Source: Eledone cirrhosa
Taxonomy: Eukaryota
Assembly (NCBI GenBank): GCA_964016885.1
Contig: OZ024742.1
Location: forward strand, 354,578,001 to 354,642,000
Direction: 5' to 3'
Length of the DNA: 64,000 nt
Shown here: positions 58,151 to 64,000 of the stretch, piece after piece
Numbering within the stretch: the stretch's first letter is position 1
How the letters are laid out: the number at the start of each line of letters is the position of its first letter
The notes under the pieces: model-generated
Database searches by the model: none
What the model was told of the DNA's origin: nothing
What the model saw: the letters and a program-made list of their open reading frames with translations, nothing else
Program-made: the position numbers and the translations under genes

Positions 58151-60090
58151 ATGTTTATTATAAACATACAGAATATTTTCGAATATTCTATGTCTATATT
58201 CACATATATATCGCTATTTCAGAGCATTTATTCCAATTTCTAATTTCTGCCGGACCGGCAACCGCTCTTTCAAACCAGTTCCTGTACACAGCTAAGTATT
58301 CTATAAGTCTCTAGCTGTGTCATTCTCGATAAAAGCACTGGATATGTAGTCCTGATGATTTCTAACAAGAATGAAACGCGTAGATTACTTCCCTTGCTTT
58401 TATCGAGAATCTAATTGTAATACGTGACGTATTCTATTCTATAGCGATTAGGTCTTCAAAATGTTTATTATAAACATACAGAATATTTTCGAATATTCTA
58501 TGTCTATATTCACATATATATCGCTATTTCAGAGCATTTATTCCAATTTCTAATTTCTGCCGGACCGGCAACCGCTCTTTCAAACCAGTTCCTGTACACA
58601 GCTAAGTATTCTATAAGTCTCTAGCTGTGTCATTCTCGATAAAAGCACTGGATATGTAGTCCTGATGATTTCTAACAAGAATGAAACGCGTAGATTACTT
58701 CCCTTGCTTTTATCGAGAATCTAATTGTAATACGTGACGTATTCTATTCTATAGCGATTAGGTCTTCAAAATGTTTATTATAAACATACAGAATATTTTC
58801 GAATATTCTATGTCTATATTCACATATATATCGCTATTTCAGAGCATTTATTCCAATTTCTAATTTCTGCCGGACCGGCAACCGCTCTTTCAAACCAGTT
58901 CCTGTACACAGCTAAGTATTCTATAAGTCTCTAGCTGTGTCATTCTCGATAAAAGCACTGGATATGTAGTCCTGATGATTTCTAACAAGAATGAAACGCG
59001 TAGATTACTTCCCTTGCTTTTATCGAGAATCTAATTGTAATACGTGACGTATTCTATTCTATAGCGATTAGGTCTTCAAAATGTTTATTATAAACATACA
59101 GAATATTTTCGAATATTCTATGTCTATATTCACATATATATCGCTATTTCAGAGCATTTATTCCAATTTCTAATTTCTGCCGGACCGGCAACCGCTCTTT
59201 CAAACCAGTTCCTGTACACAGCTAAGTATTCTATAAGTCTCTAGCTGTGTCATTCTCGATAAAAGCACTGGATATGTAGTCCTGATGATTTCTAACAAGA
59301 ATGAAACGCGTAGATTACTTCCCTTGCTTTTATCGAGAATCTAATTGTAATACGTGACGTATTCTATTCTATAGCGATTAGGTCTTCAAAATGTTTATTA
59401 TAAACATACAGAATATTTTCGAATATTCTATGTCTATATTCACATATATATCGCTATTTCAGAGCATTTATTCCAATTTCTAATTTCTGCCGGACCGGCA
59501 ACCGCTCTTTCAAACCAGTTCCTGTACACAGCTAAGTATTCTATAAGTCTCTAGCTGTGTCATTCTCGATAAAAGCACTGGATATGTAGTCCTGATGATT
59601 TCTAACAAGAATGAAACGCGTAGATTACTTCCCTTGCTTTTATCGAGAATCTAATTGTAATACGTGACGTATTCTATTCTATAGCGATTAGGTCTTCAAA
59701 ATGTTTATTATAAACATACAGAATATTTTCGAATATTCTATGTCTATATTCACATATATATCGCTATTTCAGAGCATTTATTCCAATTTCTAATTTCTGC
59801 CGGACCGGCAACCGCTCTTTCAAACCAGTTCCTGTACACAGCTAAGTATTCTATAAGTCTCTAGCTGTGTCATTCTCGATAAAAGCACTGGATATGTAGT
59901 CCTGATGATTTCTAACAAGAATGAAACGCGTAGATTACTTCCCTTGCTTTTATCGAGAATCTAATTGTAATACGTGACGTATTCTATTCTATAGCGATTA
60001 GGTCTTCAAAATGTTTATTATAAACATACAGAATATTTTCGAATATTCTATGTCTATATTCACATATATATCGCTATTTCAGAGCATTTA
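58151..60090 (+). repeat. Inverted continuation of the 310-bp array (~6.3 units), HHR on the plus strand
   Basis: Reverse complement of the left arm; HHR at 58346-58388+310n (n=0-5). Confidence 0.95.
58346..58388 (+). ncRNA. Minimal type I hammerhead ribozyme (family C; representative of 15 copies)
   Basis: GUAGUC-CUGAUGA-U-UUCU(AACA)AGAA-U-GAAA-CGCG-UA-GAUUAC; predicted cleavage after 58382; stem I extended by 16 bp AUUCUCGAUAAAAGCA/UGCUUUUAUCGAGAAU. Confidence 0.9.
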
Positions 60091-60521
60091 TATATATACA
60101 TATATATAAGTTGAAAAATAATGAAAACGAAATTTCATAAGTAAGTGCCATACAAAGAGTGGGAAATGAAATTTCGTTTTCATTTTTTTTCAACTTGTCG
60201 TTTTCGGTATGTCTGACCGATTTAACTCACTCAATATGCAAATTAAGGCTGCTCAGCCGTTAATTTTCATAAGGAAATTATATACTTTCGAACGTTCAAC
60301 TATCTGGCAGATGGGTAAACGGTACTGTTGATAGCTAACAAGCTTGAAACTAGTACATCGTTCCTGTGTCAGTGTTGAACAAAAAGGTGACGTGGTTGCC
60401 TTAACACCGTATGGCATAAATTCAGGCTGTTCAGTTTGTTTACAAACGAACAAAGCGGCGTTATAATAAGCGTCCGCTAAACTGATGCGTGCATATATGT
60501 ATGTGTACCTGTATATATATA

Positions 60522-60587
<66 letters not shown>

Positions 60588-60824
60588 CATGCTACTGTAC
60601 GTCTGTTTACATATACGTATGTACGTATACATACATACTTACATTTAAGTAAGTGCCATAGAAAGAGTGAGAAATTAAATTTCGTTTTCATTTTTTTTCA
60701 ACTTATCGTTTTCGGTATGCCTGACCGATTTAACTCACTCAATATGCAAATTAGGCTGCTCAGCCGTTAATTTTCATAAGGAAAGTATATACTTTCGAAC
60801 GTTTAACTATCTGGCAGATGGGTA

Positions 60825-60869
60825 AACGGTGCTGATGATAGCTAACAAGCTTGAAACTAGTACATCGTT
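60825..60869 (+). ncRNA. Minimal type I hammerhead (family A)
   Basis: AACGGUG-CUGAUGA-UAGCUAACAAGCUU-GAAA-CUAG-UA-CAUCGUU; the copy at 60325 has a mutated core CUGUUGA. Confidence 0.86.
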
Positions 60870-61034
60870 CCTGTGTCAGTGTTGAACAAAAAGGTGACGT
60901 GGTTGCCTTAACACCGTATGGCATAAATTCAGGCTGTTCAGTTTGTTTACAAACGAACAAAGCGGCGTTATAATAAGCGTCCGCTAAACTGATGCGTGCA
61001 TATATGTATGTGTACCTGTATGTATATATGTATC

Positions 61035-61080
<46 letters not shown>

Positions 61081-61316
61081 TGCTAATGTACGTCTGTATA
61101 CATATATGTATGTACGTATACATACATACTTACATTTAAGTAAGTGCCATACACAGAGAGAGAAATGAAATTTCGTTTTCATTTTTTTTTCAACTTATCG
61201 TTTTTGGTATGCCTGACCGATTTAACTCACTCAATATGCAAATTAGGCTGCTCAGCCGTTAATTTTCATAAGGAAAGTATATACTTTCGAACGTTCAACT
61301 ATCTGGCAGATGGGTA

Positions 61317-61361
61317 AACGGTGCTGATGATAGCTAACAAGCTTGAAACTAGTACATCGTT
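61317..61361 (+). ncRNA. Minimal type I hammerhead (family A)
   Basis: Same sequence as 60825-60869. Confidence 0.86.
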
Positions 61362-61530
61362 CCTGTGTCAGTGTTGAACAAAAAGGTGACGTGGTTGCCT
61401 TAACACCGTATGGCATAAACTCAGGCTATTCAGTTTGTTTACAAACGAACAAAGCGGCGTTATAATAAGCGTCCGCTAAACTGATGCGTGCATATATGTA
61501 TGTGTACCTGTATGTATATATGTATGTGTG

Positions 61531-61634
<104 letters not shown>

Positions 61635-61689
61635 CATGCTACTGTACGTCTGTATACATATATGTATGTACGTATACATACATACTTAC

Positions 61690-61724
<35 letters not shown>

Positions 61725-61726
<2 letters not shown>

Positions 61727-62628
61727 TATCATAAATCATGTTCTTAGAATTATTAGATAAAATATATACCATTTCCTCTCCCAATTAGCATAATTAACCA
61801 TATAAAAGTCAATTAGACCAGGCTATAAGAATAATGGATCCTATGTAAAAATGTTCGACAAATAACTGAAAGCGGCCTCTTCGCGGTGATCCCAATAGAG
61901 TAATTATCCAACATTTCAACAGCATGTAGAAACTGACTTAATATACCGTCAACCATACACAATTATGTGTAAATTTAAACTTAGAAGAAACGTGTACATA
62001 CCGTAATTATATCTCTACCATGGTTTCGTACCTATTTTTAGATTTCCTATTGTTAGGATGTTTCCAGAGTAACAGACACATCAGGAGAAAGCTCAAGATT
62101 GAACAGTTAATTTTCCGAAGCGATCCCCCCAAAATAGATTTAAAAATGGCTAAGAATCGTGACGTGGCAGTGGTCAAGTTAGAAAGAATGTGATTAGTTG
62201 CTTACGGCGCGTGGGCTTGTTGCTAGAAAGCGCAGCCCAATATCGCCCAATTGTATCTCAACCTAACGGGAGATTATTAAATATAAAGATTTACATATAC
62301 ATAAAGTCATAGATATATATGTGGCAACCGGTTACGTTGTGGCTCAATGAAGAATTAATGAATTAAATAATCAGAGCAATATATCATAAATCATGTCCTT
62401 AGAATTATTAGATAAAATATATAACATTTCCTCTCCCAATTAGCATAAATAATTTTTTATATGGTTAATTATGCTAATTGGGAGGGGAAATGGTATATAT
62501 TTTATTAAATAATTCTAAGGACATGATTTATGATATATTGCTCTGATTATTTAATTTATTAATTCTTCATTGAGCCACAACGTGACCGGTTGCCACATAT
62601 ATATCTATGACTTTGTGTATATGTAAAT

Positions 62629-62635
<7 letters not shown>
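61725..62635. repeat. Partial tandem with terminal inversion, between (TA)n tracts
   Basis: 61725-61790 is repeated at 62381-62448; 62283-62448 is mirrored at 62468-62635. Confidence 0.75.
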
Positions 62636-62691
<56 letters not shown>

Positions 62692-62696
<5 letters not shown>

Positions 62697-62912
62697 AAAG
62701 TGAACAACACAAAATATAACTACTCCATTACCAAAGGTTTCTGAGATCACGGACGATAAAAATATACATCTGGGTCGTTCGTCAAACAGAGATGTTATAT
62801 CTCTGCTGTAACATCTCTGTCTGACGAACGATCCAGACGTATATTATTATCGCCTGTGATCCAGAAACCTTTGGTAATGGAGTATTTATATTTTGTGTTG
62901 TTCACTTTCTAA
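62692..62912. mobile_element. Mini palindromic HHR insertion
   Basis: 62692-62797 is approximately the reverse complement of 62809-62912. Confidence 0.85.
62815..62882 (+). ncRNA. Type I hammerhead ribozyme
   Basis: CUCUGU-CUGACGA-..GAUC...GAUC..-GAAA-CCUUUGG-UA-AUGGAG; the mirror copy has UUGACGA. Confidence 0.7.
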
Positions 62913-62989
62913 TTAAATAGATCTGTTCTATACATAGATCGCTCCTTTTTCCTTGGCCTTTCCTTTGGAATTTCCTAACATATATATAT

Positions 62990-63122
62990 AGTTACGGCCC
63001 TTTATGGCCTGACTTCAAATCCCGCCGAGGTTAACTTTACCTTTCATCCTTACGGGGTCGATAAAATAAAGTACCAGTAATACACCGAATTAATTGCTGG
63101 CCTTGTGCCAAAAGTAGAATAA
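62990..63122 (+). mobile_element. SINE, 5'-truncated
   Basis: Matches the 3' two-thirds of the SINE consensus. Confidence 0.82.
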
Positions 63123-63669
63123 GTTATTTTCGCTATTACATATATTTTTGATTTCATAGATATATATTTAATTCTTCCTTAGAAATAAATACTTCACTTT
63201 ATCGGATGATTTTATGGTTTTAGAGACACAATTCCCCACCCTCCCTCTGCCTGGGTTCATATATTTCCCTCTTTCTTTATTGAAGTCGTACTTTTTCCCT
63301 CGTATTTCTGTTACGTTTATATTTCTAATTCTTCCCTCAGTTTGTAGTGTTGTATCTTTATATACTTTCTGCACTCTTGTGTCTCTATATATAACCTTTG
63401 TTTTCATTTCACTTCATCACCCGAATCCTGTATACATAGTCTGTATATTTAGTTTTCCTTTACTTACTCAATGCGTCATTTTGTATTTCTCCGTATCAAA
63501 AGAACCAGTTGCGTATCATACTCCTTTTAGATAGACGTCTCCTTGTGTATGTGTTTATGCATTTCGTTCTTCCTTCTCTCTATCTCTTTCTCTCTCTCTC
63601 TCTCTCGCGCACGAGCTCTCTCTCTATCTCTCTCTTTGCTTATATATAAATAAAAATAGGGATAAGTTG

Positions 63670-63957
63670 TAGTGTGCCGGAGAGAAGATTGCGATGGTAT
63701 GGACATATGATGCGCATGGAGGATGACCGCTGGGTAAAGAAGTGCCAAAAAATGCCAGTAGAAGGAAGACGCACTAGAGGAAGATCACGAAAAACATGGG
63801 CGGAGGTGCTGAAAGCAGACCGCAGATCGCTGAAGCTCACGGAGGAGATGACGAAGGACAGTGACAAGTGGAGAGATGCTGTGCTGAATAGGACCCGTCC
63901 GATCCTTGCAACCATGGAAAAGCGGACGTAAATTGATGATGATCATGATGATGATGA

Positions 63958-63961
<4 letters not shown>
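63670..63961 (+). mobile_element. RTE-clade LINE 3' fragment with (GAT)n tail
   Basis: RRLRWYGHMMRM..GRRTRGRSRKTW..W, stop at 63931, then (TGA)n. Confidence 0.85.
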
Positions 63962-63999
<38 letters not shown>

Positions 64000-64000
64000 C

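Overview
AT-rich, microsatellite-saturated eukaryotic DNA. The tRNA-headed Nin/Deu-domain SINE and the repeat landscape resemble octopod cephalopods; this is an inference. No host protein-coding gene is recognisable, and nearly all short ORFs in the track are microsatellite artefacts. Protein-coding remnants are all retroelements: one intact-looking R4/Dong-type RLE non-LTR ORF (43799-47047), four Penelope-like (RT/GIY-YIG) elements or fragments, and a Tx1/L1 and an RTE 3' fragment. There are also about 17 SINE copies and Helitron-type termini. The main hidden signal is RNA-level. By eye the window holds roughly 30 type I hammerhead ribozyme (HHR) motifs with canonical cores (CUGANGA...GAAA...UH), from more than 10 sequence families, plus degenerate ones. 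They include two retrozyme-like tandem arrays: a 310-bp unit at 55.2-60.1 kb with 15 complete HHRs, and a ~456-507-bp unit at three loci. Wherever HHR motifs occur as an inverted pair they follow one geometry: left copy on the minus strand, right copy on the plus strand, 3' ends facing outward, usually into (TA)n. Sometimes the two halves come from different families. This suggests reverse transcription primed from both ends of breaks in (TA)n tracts. All folding was done by eye and no activity is demonstrated.
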